The notes under the pieces are model-generated. The model searched no databases. It saw only the letters and a program-made list of their open reading frames with translations, and was not told the origin of the DNA. A program made the position numbers and the translations under genes. Positions 29,412-41,749 of a DNA stretch of 64,000 nt are shown here, piece after piece. Origin of the DNA: Candidatus Latescibacterota bacterium (GTDB lineage: Bacteria > Latescibacterota > UBA2968 > UBA8231); assembly GCA_963422735.1 (NCBI GenBank), contig OY730476.1, forward strand, positions 3,040,001 through 3,104,000, read 5' to 3'. The first letter of the stretch is position 1, and the number at the start of each line of letters is the position of its first letter.

Positions 29412-29680
29412 TGTGGGACAAGAAAAATAGGGAGTCTTGCTACCAAAGAGTCCAGTTCCCTTTCCAAGTCAGCAAAGGGAGCTTCAACGGCTGACGGTTG
29501 GCAGAAGACGACTAAACTACCAGGAAAGTTCGGGCGACTTCTGCAAATGCTGCGCAGGCGCCGCTTGAGCCGATTGCGCTTTACAGCATTGCCCAGTTTG
29601 CGGCGGACGACAAAGATTCGACCGCAATCTTCCTGACCGCAGCGGATCCAAAAGCAGCGGCCTCTAACCCAAGCAGCCAC
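29408..29680 (-). CDS. rnpA: RNase P protein component, short form
   Basis: RNR motif [16 protein letters not shown]; located between rpmH and yidD. Confidence 0.88.
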   Translation of the reverse strand: MAAWVRGRCFWIRCGQEDCGRIFVVRRKLGNAVKRNRLKRRLRSICRSRPNFPGSLVVFCQPSAVEAPFADLERELDSLVARLPIFLVPQ

Positions 29681-29686
29681 TAAACG

Positions 29687-29821
29687 CTAGACTGCTAGAT
29701 GCTTGCGGCCTTTCCTCCGGCGACGATTGATGATATTGCGACCGGCCGGAGTGCTCATGCGCTTCCGAAAACCATGCTTGTTACGGCGACGCCTGTTACT
29801 AGGCTGAAAAGTGCGTTTCAA
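29687..29821 (-). CDS. rpmH: 50S ribosomal protein L34 (not in ORF track)
   Basis: TTG start with GAGGTG RBS; [44 protein letters not shown]. Confidence 0.97.
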   Translation of the reverse strand: MKRTFQPSNRRRRNKHGFRKRMSTPAGRNIINRRRRKGRKHLAV

Positions 29822-29886
29822 AATAAAATTCTCACCTCGCTCGCGTTATCGCGTTATTTTCTGTGCAGCATACGCAGAAATAGTTC

Positions 29887-29915
29887 AATTTAGTGGCTAT
29901 TCTAATTGGTGTCAA
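29887..29915 (-). promoter_or_regulatory. rpmH promoter
   Basis: Minus strand TTGACA-N17-TAAATT. Confidence 0.65.
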
Positions 29916-29970
29916 TACCTTAAACTCTTTGAACGCTAACGAACTTCAACGGCAACCCCGAGTGAGACTC

Positions 29971-29999
29971 TTGACTGCCATACGCCTTCTTTATAGGTT
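29971..29999 (+). promoter_or_regulatory. dnaA promoter
   Basis: TTGACT-N17-TAGGTT. Confidence 0.6.
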
Positions 30000-30005
30000 G
30001 AAAAA

Positions 30006-31400
30006 ATGGTGCTGAAAATACAAGACCCCCAAGAACTCTGGGCCCAATGTCTGCTCAATATCGAACGTCAGGTTCGTCCCCAGAGTTTTGCTAATTGGTT
30101 TCTTCCCACTTTAGTAAACCACTTCGACGAAGACTCGTTGGTCATCCAAGTTCCCAGTGCATTTTCTGCCGCTTGGGTAGAGGAGCACTACTTGCAGATG
30201 ATCCGAGCAGTAGTAAGGGAAGAGACAGGGATGACTCCAAGGATATCCTTTATTGTTGCACAAGCACCCCAACCAATTCTCAATCAAGCACTCCCCATTG
30301 AGCAAGATTTACCTGCAAATGAAGGAGAAAACACAGAAGACAAACAAAAAAAAATAGAAGCAGGTCCCGCCCAATCGCTAAACAAGCGCTATACCTTTGA
30401 AGAATTCATCATCGGTGATAGCAATCGATTTGCCCATGCAACGGCATTGGCCGTAGCCAATGCCCCAGGTATGACGGAATTTAATCCCCTCGTGATCTAT
30501 GGAGGCGTAGGGCTAGGTAAAACGCATCTGCTGCAAGCGATTGGGCATCACGCCTATAACCTCAACCTCGCCGAGAAGGTCGTTTACGTCCCCTCAGAAA
30601 AGTTTATGAGCGATTTCGTCCAATCGCTCCAAGACCGCAATAAAGCCAGTGAATTCCAGAACTTTTATCGCAGTGTGGACATCCTCCTTGTCGATGACAT
30701 TCAGTTTCTGCTCCGCGGCGAACAGACCCAAAATGAATTCTTTCACACCTTTAATGCCTTGCATCAGTCCGAGAAGCAAATTGTTATGACCTGCGACAGT
30801 CCTCCCGGCCATCTTGATGGGTTAGAAGAAAGGCTGAAATCCCGCTTCATATGGGGTCTGGCCACCGCAATAGATTCGCCCGAGCTCGAGACCCGGATTG
30901 CCATCCTCCACAAGAAGGCCGAGCGCAACGGCATACGGATTCCCGATGATGTGGCGGCTCTATTGGGTAATCATATCCGATCGAATGTCCGCGAACTCGA
31001 AGGTACTTTGATTAGCTTGATGGCCTACTGCTCAATCCATAAGAAGGAACTCGATATAGAGGCGGCCAAGCATATTATACAGGAACGGGGACCCAGCCTA
31101 GTGGAACTGAGCATTGAGGCGATCCAACAGCATGTCGCCGACCACTTCAATCTGACTCGAGAGCAACTCACCGGAAAAGGACGAACTCAATACGTTGTAG
31201 CGGCACGGCACCTTGCTATGTTCATAGTCAAGCGTCTGCTCGGCAGTCATTTCACTACCATCGGCTTGCACTTCGGCAACCGCGATCACAGCTCAATCAT
31301 CCACGCTGTACGCACTGTTGAGAAGAAGTGTAAAAACGATCCCGCCTTCGCCAGACTAGCCGAGAATTTGTCCAATACCATCCGTCAGCAAAACCGCTAA
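30006..31400 (+). CDS. dnaA: Chromosomal replication initiator DnaA
   Basis: NPLVIYGGVGLGKTHLL, LLVDDIQF, NVRELEG and RDHSSIIHA. Confidence 0.98.
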   Translation: MVLKIQDPQELWAQCLLNIERQVRPQSFANWFLPTLVNHFDEDSLVIQVPSAFSAAWVEEHYLQMIRAVVREETGMTPRISFIVAQAPQPILNQALPIEQDLPANEGENTEDKQKKIEAGPAQSLNKRYTFEEFIIGDSNRFAHATALAVANAPGMTEFNPLVIYGGVGLGKTHLLQAIGHHAYNLNLAEKVVYVPSEKFMSDFVQSLQDRNKASEFQNFYRSVDILLVDDIQFLLRGEQTQNEFFHTFNALHQSEKQIVMTCDSPPGHLDGLEERLKSRFIWGLATAIDSPELETRIAILHKKAERNGIRIPDDVAALLGNHIRSNVRELEGTLISLMAYCSIHKKELDIEAAKHIIQERGPSLVELSIEAIQQHVADHFNLTREQLTGKGRTQYVVAARHLAMFIVKRLLGSHFTTIGLHFGNRDHSSIIHAVRTVEKKCKNDPAFARLAENLSNTIRQQNR

Positions 31401-31427
31401 GCCCTAAGTCCAACCCCCATCTCTTGC

Positions 31428-31627
31428 CGCGCCTTTAGGCGTGATAAACCCCTCTCGGCCCGTCTCGCCTGCTTCACCCTGCTTTAGCAGGACCGGCGCG
31501 GTGAAGTCCGCGGTGGCCGTAACCACCCCTATTTCCATTATAATAGCAATAGCGGCGGCTTTGCCGGCCGGGTGCGAACAGAGCGCACCGCCTAAAGTCG
31601 GCGTATAGGTGCTCGGGGCGCACCCGG
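31428..31627. repeat. GC-rich multi-hairpin (REP/MITE-like) element after dnaA
   Basis: Stems CGCGCC-ttta-GGCGTG, CTTCACC..GGTGAAG, GGTGG..CCACC and CCGGGTGCG..CGCACCCGG. Segment 31462-31506 is related to 59613-59666. Confidence 0.55.
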
Positions 31628-31649
31628 AATGTTCAGACAACTCTTAGGC

Positions 31650-32100
31650 CTTTTAGTCTGTATTTTTCAGTACCATAGAGCCTATTTGGCAGTGGAAAAC
31701 TATTAACACCTATCCCCGCCTAAGTATTGATTCAATGTGGATAAATCTGTGTAAAAAAGAAAATAGTCATTTTCAACCTTTTATCTGTGAAAAATTCGAG
31801 TTTTCCACTCAACAATCCACAGACAATCTCTTGCCGACAAGTTGCCTCCCTTATTTATAAACACCTTATTAACAAGATGTTTTGTTGTTTAGGGATAAAT
31901 CCTTAAGACAATTATCCACACATCCACAGTACAACTAGAACTCCTAAAGATAAAAAGACACAAAGAAGTGTAGTCTTATTAAAAAGACCGGTGTGGGTTT
32001 CTTTCTCTCATATACACACCTTTTTGTTTATTTACACACACCTACTCATGTGTTCCCTTGTGTTAAAAAATGAGACACTATATAATATAGAACTTGACAT
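31650..32100. other. Probable oriC
   Basis: AT-rich dnaA-dnaN spacer with perfect DnaA boxes TGTGGATAA (31736) and TTATCCACA (31912) and several degenerate boxes; gene orientation flips nearby. Confidence 0.85.
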
Positions 32101-32122
32101 AGGTAGGTTTAAAAGCTACGTT
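32094..32122 (+). promoter_or_regulatory. Putative dnaN promoter
   Basis: TTGACA-N17-TACGTT. Confidence 0.5.
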
Positions 32123-32182
32123 TATTTTTTAAAGAACAAAGAACGATATTATCAGTATCAGAAGGATAATCTGAGACGCTAT

Positions 32183-33346
32183 ATGAAATTAAGAGTGAAT
32201 CGCAATGAGTTATGGCAGGGCATTGATACTGTATTAGAAGCCGTGTCTTCAAAGCCCTCCCTACCGGTGTTGGCTAATATCCTGCTTGAAGCCGATGAGA
32301 AAACCCTATCTCTATCCGCGACGGATTTAGATTTATCCATCCGGACTCAAGTTCCCGCTATAGTAAAAAAGAAGGGGAGGACGACTATTGCGGCTCGCAA
32401 GCTGGCAGAAATCGCCCGAGAATGGCCTGAGGCGGAACTGAGTATTGAGGTGCAGGACGAGCGACTCAAGCTCTCAGGGCGACTCGGGGACGCCGAAAGC
32501 AGCGAGGGAACGTATAGCCTGGCGGGTATAGAGGCTGAAGAGTTTCCCAGTATGCCGACAGTACTTGACGGCGTAAGCCTGAGTCTGGGGGAGGACGAAG
32601 CCGAGACCCATGTTCTGGTTGACATGATCAACAAGACGGCCTTTGCCGTCTCCGGGGATGATACTCGCCCAGTGTTTAACGGGGTACTATGGCGCATCGA
32701 TGCCCAAGGAATGGAGATGGTGGCTACCGATGGGTCGCGCTTAGCCTGTTACAGAAAAGCCATAGATTTGCAGGATCAGGTACAGGGAGACCAAGAGCCC
32801 GCGATCATTGTCCCCCCCCAAGCGTTGATTCAGATCGTCAAATTACTGGGTAGCCATAAAGGCCCAGTCAATGTCACGCTAGGCGAGACGCAGATACTGT
32901 TTGATATAGGGCATACGCATTTGCTGTCGCGTCTGATCGAGGGGCCTTATGTCGACTATGCCCAAGTGATTCCGCAAAACAACCAAAAAGAACTAAGAAT
33001 AGCTAGTGAATATCTTCTCCCGGCCGTACGCCGGGTATCCATCCTTTCCAGTTCTTATACGCGTCAAGTGCGTTTTAAGCTAAACACTGGCCAAGTAGAG
33101 CTATCGGCAGCTAGCCCCGAAATCGGTGGCGAAGCGAGGGAGATCGTACCGGCCCAGTACGCCTCTGAAGAGATAGATGTTGGCTACAACGCCCAGTATC
33201 TGATGGAGATCCTGCGAAAAATGGACGCGCCCGAGGTCTGTTTCGAGCTCAATGACCACGTCACAGCAGCCCTATTGAGGCCGATGGAACAAAAAGAAGG
33301 TGAGGACTACTTCTGCTTGCTAATGCCCTTGCGGCCGACAGGATGA
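32183..33346 (+). CDS. dnaN: DNA polymerase III beta clamp
   Basis: LSATDLD, DDTRPVFNG, MVATDGSRL and LLMPLR. Confidence 0.97.
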   Translation: MKLRVNRNELWQGIDTVLEAVSSKPSLPVLANILLEADEKTLSLSATDLDLSIRTQVPAIVKKKGRTTIAARKLAEIAREWPEAELSIEVQDERLKLSGRLGDAESSEGTYSLAGIEAEEFPSMPTVLDGVSLSLGEDEAETHVLVDMINKTAFAVSGDDTRPVFNGVLWRIDAQGMEMVATDGSRLACYRKAIDLQDQVQGDQEPAIIVPPQALIQIVKLLGSHKGPVNVTLGETQILFDIGHTHLLSRLIEGPYVDYAQVIPQNNQKELRIASEYLLPAVRRVSILSSSYTRQVRFKLNTGQVELSAASPEIGGEAREIVPAQYASEEIDVGYNAQYLMEILRKMDAPEVCFELNDHVTAALLRPMEQKEGEDYFCLLMPLRPTG

Positions 33347-33360
33347 GGTAAGCAGGCCTA

Positions 33361-34426
33361 GTGCGGATCCGTGAATTAACGCTTAGACCCTTCCGCAATT
33401 TTGCCGCGATTCGCTTGAGCTTTGCAGCAGATTACGTGCTGATTTTTGGTCCGAACAGCCGCGGTAAAAGCAATATCCTAGAAGCGATTTCCTACCTATC
33501 TATCGGTAAGTCAGTACGCGGGGCCAAGGATCAACACGTCGTGCCGCACGGCGAGGACTTCTTTGATATCCGAGCTTTGTGCACTGATGGTCGCCACGAC
33601 CAGCAATTACGCGTCTTTTACAGCAAGAAAGAAGGCAAGAAGGCATTTTCTGATGCCAGTCCCTTGCCCCGAGTATCGGAGTTGTTGGGCACCTTCCGCA
33701 CAGTTCACTTCTCTCCTGAAGATGTATCGCTGGTACTGCGCTTCCCGGCCCAGCGAAGGCGGCTCCTCGACATACTTATTGCACAGTCTAGTGCAGTGTA
33801 CTTGCGATATATGCAGCGCTATTACCGTGTGTTAGCCCAGAGAAACCACTTGTTGCGCACCGCAAAAAAGTCGAGACACGGGCTTGTCGACAGTCAGGTA
33901 ATGGAACCATGGAATGCCCAGCTAGTGGATTTGGGGTCCCAACTCCGACTGCATCGCTTGGAGGCGCTGAATAAGTTGAGAGCACCTTTTCTCCGCTATT
34001 ACGGTCGCTTCGCCTTGGCCAGCGAAGAAGAGGCTGCCGTTGTCTATCAAGGTGCCAAGGAGCAAGATCTGGAGGCCCTTAGAGCCGAATTACGCGACGC
34101 GCTTAGTCGCCGCAGGGAACAGGAGGCTCAAATAGGACATACGCTCTGTGGGCCACACCGCGACGATTTGAAATTCACGTTGAACAAAGTACAGGCCGAC
34201 CTCTATGCCTCCGAAGGCCAGCTAAGAACCGTACTCATATCGTGGAAGCTGGCCGAGGCCCGTTACATGGAGGAGCAAACGGGTCGGCAGCCCGTATTGC
34301 TCTTAGATGATTCCTTTTCAGAGTTGGACTCTGGCCGGATAGGAGAGCTATTGGACATAGTTGGTGAATTTGAACAGGTCATAGCGACGACTCCCCAAGA
34401 GCCTAATACAAGACAGGCAGCCCGTT

Positions 34427-34452
<26 letters not shown>
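33361..34452 (+). CDS. recF: RecF
   Basis: GPNSRGKSNILEAI, GPHRDDL, SEGQ and LLLDD..SELD. Confidence 0.96.
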
Positions 34453-36741
<2,289 letters not shown>

Positions 36742-36778
36742 CATCTTCTATTAGACAGCAAAGCTGAGGATTTAATCA

Positions 36779-39280
36779 ATGCTCGAACAGCAAGAAAGCC
36801 GGGTCATTCGGGTCAAAATTGAGGAGGAGCTCAAAACCTCCTTCCTCGACTATTCAATGAGCTTCATACTGTCGCGTGCCCTACCCGATGTCCGCGATGG
36901 TCTCAAGCCATCCCAGCGCCGCATCTTGGTAGCGATGAACGACTTGAGCCTTTTCCCCAATCGCGGCTACCGCAAATGTGCAAAAATCGCCGGTGATACC
37001 TCTGGCAACTACCACCCACACGGCGAAGGCATTGTCTATCCGACGCTAGTGCATATGGCGCAGAGATTTCGCTTGCGGTATCCGCTGGTCCAAGGCCAAG
37101 GCAACTTCGGTTCAATTGATGGCTACCCTCCGGCGGCCATGCGCTACACGGAGGCGAGACTGAGCTGGCCGGCGATGGATCTTCTAGCGGATCTCGACAA
37201 GAACACCGTCGAATTCGCCAGCAACTACGACGAGACCCAGCAAGAGCCCTTGGTTTTGCCATCTAGGTTTCCCAACCTAATATGTAACGGCTCAATGGGC
37301 ATTGCCGTCGGCATGGCCACTAAGATCCCGCCGCACAACCTGCGGGAGGTCGCCAGTGGCCTCAAGACGCTGATCGATCATCCCGAGATTTCCATTGCCG
37401 AGTTGCTTGAGCATGTCAAAGCTCCAGATTTTCCCACCGGCGGAATCATCTACGGCATGAGCGGGGTACAGCAGGCCTACGCAACTGGGAGGGGTCTGAT
37501 CTATATCAGAGCTCGGGCGGATATTGAAACCCTCAAGAATGGCCGCGAAAACATCGTCGTCACCGAAATCCCCTTCTTAGTAAACAAGGCTAGCCTATTA
37601 GAGAAAATCGCCGATCTGGTGCGAGACAAAGCCATCGACGGACTTGCCAATATCCGCGACGAATCGGGCCGCACGGGGCTGCGCATCGTATTTGAGTGCA
37701 AAAGGGAGACCCAAGCCGAAGTCGTGCTCAACCAGCTCTATAGCCATAGCATGTTGCAGACTACCTATGGGGTAATGATGTTGGCCATTGTCGATGGCCG
37801 TCCTGAGACGCTCAACCTTAAGCAGATGCTGCAGCACTATATTGATCACCGCCATGACGTGATCGTGCGCCGCACCCAATTCGACTTGGAGAAAGCCGAA
37901 GGTCGGGCGCATACCCTAGAAGGCCTGCGCATCGCCTTAGACCACATTGACTTAGTGATCGAAACCATCCGCCGCTCGTCGAGTCCGGCAGATGCCCAAG
38001 AGCGGCTGGCTGTCATCCGCCCTGCGACAGCAGATAGTACTATCGAGTTGAGCGATCGGCAGGTTCAAGCCATCCTAAGCATGCCGTTGCAGCGCCTGAC
38101 GGGCTTGGAGCGCGACAAAATTGAGGCCGAGTACAAGGAACTGGTAACGACGATTGAGGACCAGAGGGGCATCCTCGCCAGCCAAGAGCGGCAGATGCAG
38201 ATCATCAAGGACGAGATTGATGATCTGGCCGATCGCTTCGGCGACGAGCGCCGCACTGAGCTCGTCTATGCAGCCGAGGAATTCGACATTGAGGACTTGA
38301 TTGCCGAAGAGGACATGGTCGTCACCATCTCGCGCAGTGGCTATATCAAGCGCTTACCTCCTAGAGCCTATCGAGTACAGAATCGCGGCGGGCGCGGGGT
38401 GACGGGTATGAAGACCAAGGAAGAGGACTTTGTCGAACATCTCTTCGTGGCTTCGACTCATTCTTATATCATGTTTTTGACTGCCAAGGGCAAATGTTAT
38501 TGGCTCAAGGTCTTTCGCATACCCGAAGGCGACCGCACGGCTCAGGGGCGGTCAATAGTCAACCTGTTGCCACTGGACCGAGACGACCAAATATGCGCCA
38601 TCGTACCCGTCCGAGAGTTCGCCGACGATCAGTATTTGTTCACGGCGACGCGCAACGGCATTGTCAAGAAAACTAGGCTCTCGGCCTATCAGAACATCCG
38701 CCGTGACGGGATCATCGCTCTGAAGATCCAAGACGCCGACGACCTGATTGGGGCGGCCATCACCGACGGACGGCAGGATATTGTCCTATTGACGCGCAAC
38801 GGCCAAGCCATGCGCTTTAGCGAAGGCGAAGTCCGCTCTATGGGCCGGGTTTCTACGGGCGTTAAGGGCATTAGCTTACGCCAAGTGGACGAGGTTGTGG
38901 ACATGGTCGTGGTGCGCGAAAGCAGCACCTTGCTAACCATCTGCGAAAACGGCTATGGCAAGCGCACTAGCCAGACCGAGTACCCCTGCAAGCACCGCAC
39001 CGGCCAAGGCGTCATCGATATCAAGACTACCCCACGCAACGGCCCCGTAGTGGCCTGTAGGGGGATCCGAGACGAAGAGGAGGTCATGGTGGTAACCCAG
39101 AACGGTATTATGATCCGCATCCCTGTACGAGGGCTATCCACCATTGGGCGCAATACCCAAGGAGTCCGGGTAATCAATCTGGACGAGGGCGACCGAGTTA
39201 TCGACATGGCCCCGCTGCCCGGCAGCGAGGAAGAGAGTGGTTGGGAAAACGGCGAGGCGGATGAGAAGGCATCGGGTTGA
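36779..39280 (+). CDS. gyrA: DNA gyrase subunit A
   Basis: [24 protein letters not shown] and GyrA box QNRGGRG. Confidence 0.98.
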   Translation: MLEQQESRVIRVKIEEELKTSFLDYSMSFILSRALPDVRDGLKPSQRRILVAMNDLSLFPNRGYRKCAKIAGDTSGNYHPHGEGIVYPTLVHMAQRFRLRYPLVQGQGNFGSIDGYPPAAMRYTEARLSWPAMDLLADLDKNTVEFASNYDETQQEPLVLPSRFPNLICNGSMGIAVGMATKIPPHNLREVASGLKTLIDHPEISIAELLEHVKAPDFPTGGIIYGMSGVQQAYATGRGLIYIRARADIETLKNGRENIVVTEIPFLVNKASLLEKIADLVRDKAIDGLANIRDESGRTGLRIVFECKRETQAEVVLNQLYSHSMLQTTYGVMMLAIVDGRPETLNLKQMLQHYIDHRHDVIVRRTQFDLEKAEGRAHTLEGLRIALDHIDLVIETIRRSSSPADAQERLAVIRPATADSTIELSDRQVQAILSMPLQRLTGLERDKIEAEYKELVTTIEDQRGILASQERQMQIIKDEIDDLADRFGDERRTELVYAAEEFDIEDLIAEEDMVVTISRSGYIKRLPPRAYRVQNRGGRGVTGMKTKEEDFVEHLFVASTHSYIMFLTAKGKCYWLKVFRIPEGDRTAQGRSIVNLLPLDRDDQICAIVPVREFADDQYLFTATRNGIVKKTRLSAYQNIRRDGIIALKIQDADDLIGAAITDGRQDIVLLTRNGQAMRFSEGEVRSMGRVSTGVKGISLRQVDEVVDMVVVRESSTLLTICENGYGKRTSQTEYPCKHRTGQGVIDIKTTPRNGPVVACRGIRDEEEVMVVTQNGIMIRIPVRGLSTIGRNTQGVRVINLDEGDRVIDMAPLPGSEEESGWENGEADEKASG

Positions 39281-39305
39281 CCTAAGATGGGGCCTCATGT
39301 ATATT
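39277..39305 (+). promoter_or_regulatory. tRNA operon promoter
   Basis: TTGACC-N17-TATATT. Confidence 0.7.
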
Positions 39306-39324
39306 TTTCTCCTTACCGAGAAGA

Positions 39325-39411
39325 GGAGGGTTAGACCTAATTGGTAAGGCAGCGGTCTTGAAAACCGCCGGGCTCACGCCCTTGAGGGTTCGAGTCCCTC
39401 ACCCTCCGCCA
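39325..39411 (+). tRNA. tRNA-Ser(TGA)
   Basis: GGAGGGT/ACCCTCC acceptor stem, anticodon loop CTTGAAA, long variable arm, GTTCGAG and encoded CCA. Confidence 0.96.
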
Positions 39412-39489
39412 GTTTACCATTTGATGCCGCCACAGTCCCATCCTTCTTAGCGTTGGGATTACGTCAAAAGTTTATTTTGCAATGGTCGC

Positions 39490-39583
<94 letters not shown>

Positions 39584-39595
39584 ATTTCCGTTAGT

Positions 39596-39671
39596 TGCCC
39601 TCTAGCACAATTGGAAGTGCGCCTGACTCTGGATCAGGAGGTTCTAGGTTCGAGCCCTAGGAGGGCAGCCA
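39596..39671 (+). tRNA. tRNA-Gln(CTG)
   Basis: TGCCCTC/GAGGGCA acceptor stem, loop CTCTGGA and CCA. Confidence 0.95.
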
Positions 39672-39676
39672 ATACC

Positions 39677-39713
39677 GGCTCCTGAAAGAACGCTTCAGGA
39701 GCCTTCTTCTTTT
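39677..39713 (+). terminator. Terminator after the tRNA operon
   Basis: GGCTCCTGAA..TTCAGGAGCC followed by a T-rich tail. Confidence 0.85.
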
Positions 39714-39791
39714 GGCCTATCCTGCCGGGAATCGGGACGAGGCCGCATTCTCCCCGCATTTAGCCTCTCGTCTTAGCGTTACCTTACGCCG

Positions 39792-40931
39792 ATGAGTACC
39801 CGCATCAGAGAACAACAGCTTGCTTGGGGCCTCCTTGCGCCAGCACTTATCGTACTGGGCGCGTTTGGACTCTTCCCTATTGGCTATGCCTTGTATGTCA
39901 GCTTGCACAAGTGGCGGATCAAGAAGGAAGCGGTGGTTGGGTTCGACCACTATGTCCGCGCTGTGGGAGAATCGCAGTATCTGCTGCCCTTCGTCGCCGG
40001 GATCGGCCTCGTCTGGGCGGCCTATCGCCTGCGCTCCACGTTATCCGATCTCGGTCTGCGCCCCTTTTATATCTACATCGCTTGGGGCGCAGTCGCACTA
40101 TCGGGGCTTTGGTTGGGGTTGGCTCAGGGGTTGGGTGGCTTAGTCGAGACGGGCGACCCAGCGCTGTACAACGGCTTCAAGGTCACGTTTTTCTACGCGG
40201 TCGGGACAATCCCGTGCCAACTGAGCTTGGCTACCGGACTGGCGTATTTGCTCTTCAAGATCGCACGGGCTAGAGGCGCGTTTCGCACACTATTCTTTTT
40301 GCCGTATGTCACGCCGATCATCGCCTCAGCCGTGGTTTTCCGCACCATCTTTAGCCCCCACCCGTCCTCGCTGGCCAACCGCTTCTGGAGCTTTTGGGGA
40401 CTGGAAAATCAGCGCTGGCTCTATGAGAGCAAGTCCGTCGTAGCTCTGTTACTACAAGGAGCCGGTCTTGCTTCTTACCCCGCGTGGGTGGACAGCTTCT
40501 TCCCGAGCCTAGCTCTGACCTCGATCATCCTCTACAATATCTGGGTCTATGTCGGCTACGACACAGCGATTTTACTGGCTGGCCTCAGTGCTATCCCCAA
40601 GCAATACTACGAGGCCGCTGAGATGGACGGCGCGGGTGAGTGGCAAGTCTTCCGCCACATTACCCTGCCCTTGGTCTCACCGACCCTGTTCTTTTTGTCG
40701 ATGGTGGCTGTCATAGGGACCTTCAAAGCCTTTAACCACGTTTATATCCTGCGGACGCCGGGTGCCCGCGACTCGGTCAATGTGCTCAGTATTGCCATTT
40801 TCGACCAAGTTTTTGAATACCACAACGCCGGCTATGCTTCGGCGATGGCCTTTGTGCTCTTCGTCGCGATTTTGGCACTGACGTTGCTGCAAAACCGGGT
40901 GCTCGGCAGGCGGGTATTTTATGGCGACTAG
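39792..40931 (+). CDS. Carbohydrate ABC transporter permease
   Basis: EAA motif YEAAEMDGA..FRHITLP. Confidence 0.92.
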   Translation: MSTRIREQQLAWGLLAPALIVLGAFGLFPIGYALYVSLHKWRIKKEAVVGFDHYVRAVGESQYLLPFVAGIGLVWAAYRLRSTLSDLGLRPFYIYIAWGAVALSGLWLGLAQGLGGLVETGDPALYNGFKVTFFYAVGTIPCQLSLATGLAYLLFKIARARGAFRTLFFLPYVTPIIASAVVFRTIFSPHPSSLANRFWSFWGLENQRWLYESKSVVALLLQGAGLASYPAWVDSFFPSLALTSIILYNIWVYVGYDTAILLAGLSAIPKQYYEAAEMDGAGEWQVFRHITLPLVSPTLFFLSMVAVIGTFKAFNHVYILRTPGARDSVNVLSIAIFDQVFEYHNAGYASAMAFVLFVAILALTLLQNRVLGRRVFYGD

Positions 40932-41745
40932 GGGCAGCATTTATTGCGGCCTGAGCTTGGGGGGGCTGGCTGCGTGCTTTCCGTTCGCGTGGATGCTTTT
41001 GGTCTCTTTTATGAGCCGCGGCGAATCGCTGCGGCGGGTCTTGCTGCCCGAGCGCGTGCAATGGGACAATTATATCGAAGCGTGGCAAGATGCGGATTTC
41101 GGTCTCTACTTTGAGAATTCGCTGATCATCGCGGGCCTACAGGTCAGCGGGACCCTGCTTTTCTCGCTGATGGCGGCGTATCCGCTGGCGCGCATGCAGT
41201 TCCGCGGACGGGATGTGGTGTTTACTGGCGTCTTGGCTACGCTGATGATCCCCGAGGCCGTGACCATCGTGCCGAATTTTCTCGTCGTGACTTGGCTGCA
41301 CCGCAATGCGCCGTTTGCTTGGCTCAATAGCTGGCCTGCCCTGACCATTCCCTTTATGGCTAGTGCTTTTAGCATTTTTCTCTTGCGTCAGTTTATGCGT
41401 GGTCTGCCCAACGAGCTGTGGGATGCGGCCCGGATTGAGGGAGCCGGCCATGTGCGCTTTCTGTTTCAGATCGTGGTACCCCTGTGCCGGGCACCACTCT
41501 TGACGGTAGGTATGCTTACGTTTATTGGTTCTTGGAACGCCTTGGCGTGGCCCTTACTGGTGACCAATACGCCGGATTGGCGTCCGATAGCAGTGGGTTT
41601 GCAGCAGTTTGCCAGTGAGGCCGGGACCGAGGTCCACCTGCAAATGGCCGGGGCTGTCATTGCGACCGCTCCCGTAATTTTGGCGTATTTTCTTATTCAG
41701 CGAGAATTCACGGAAGGCATCTCCATATCTGGGCTCAAAGGATAA
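40921..41745 (+). CDS. Carbohydrate ABC transporter permease
   Basis: ELWDAARIEGA and FLLRQF. Confidence 0.92.
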   Translation: MATRGSIYCGLSLGGLAACFPFAWMLLVSFMSRGESLRRVLLPERVQWDNYIEAWQDADFGLYFENSLIIAGLQVSGTLLFSLMAAYPLARMQFRGRDVVFTGVLATLMIPEAVTIVPNFLVVTWLHRNAPFAWLNSWPALTIPFMASAFSIFLLRQFMRGLPNELWDAARIEGAGHVRFLFQIVVPLCRAPLLTVGMLTFIGSWNALAWPLLVTNTPDWRPIAVGLQQFASEAGTEVHLQMAGAVIATAPVILAYFLIQREFTEGISISGLKG

Positions 41746-41749
41746 CGCG

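Noticed and set aside
31404-31640. 78-aa minus-strand ORF after dnaA
   Set aside because: No recognisable motif or RBS; the region is better explained as hairpin-rich non-coding DNA.
31991-32182. N-terminal extension of DnaN in the ORF track
   Set aside because: AT-rich origin and promoter sequence; ATG 32183 matches the typical DnaN start.
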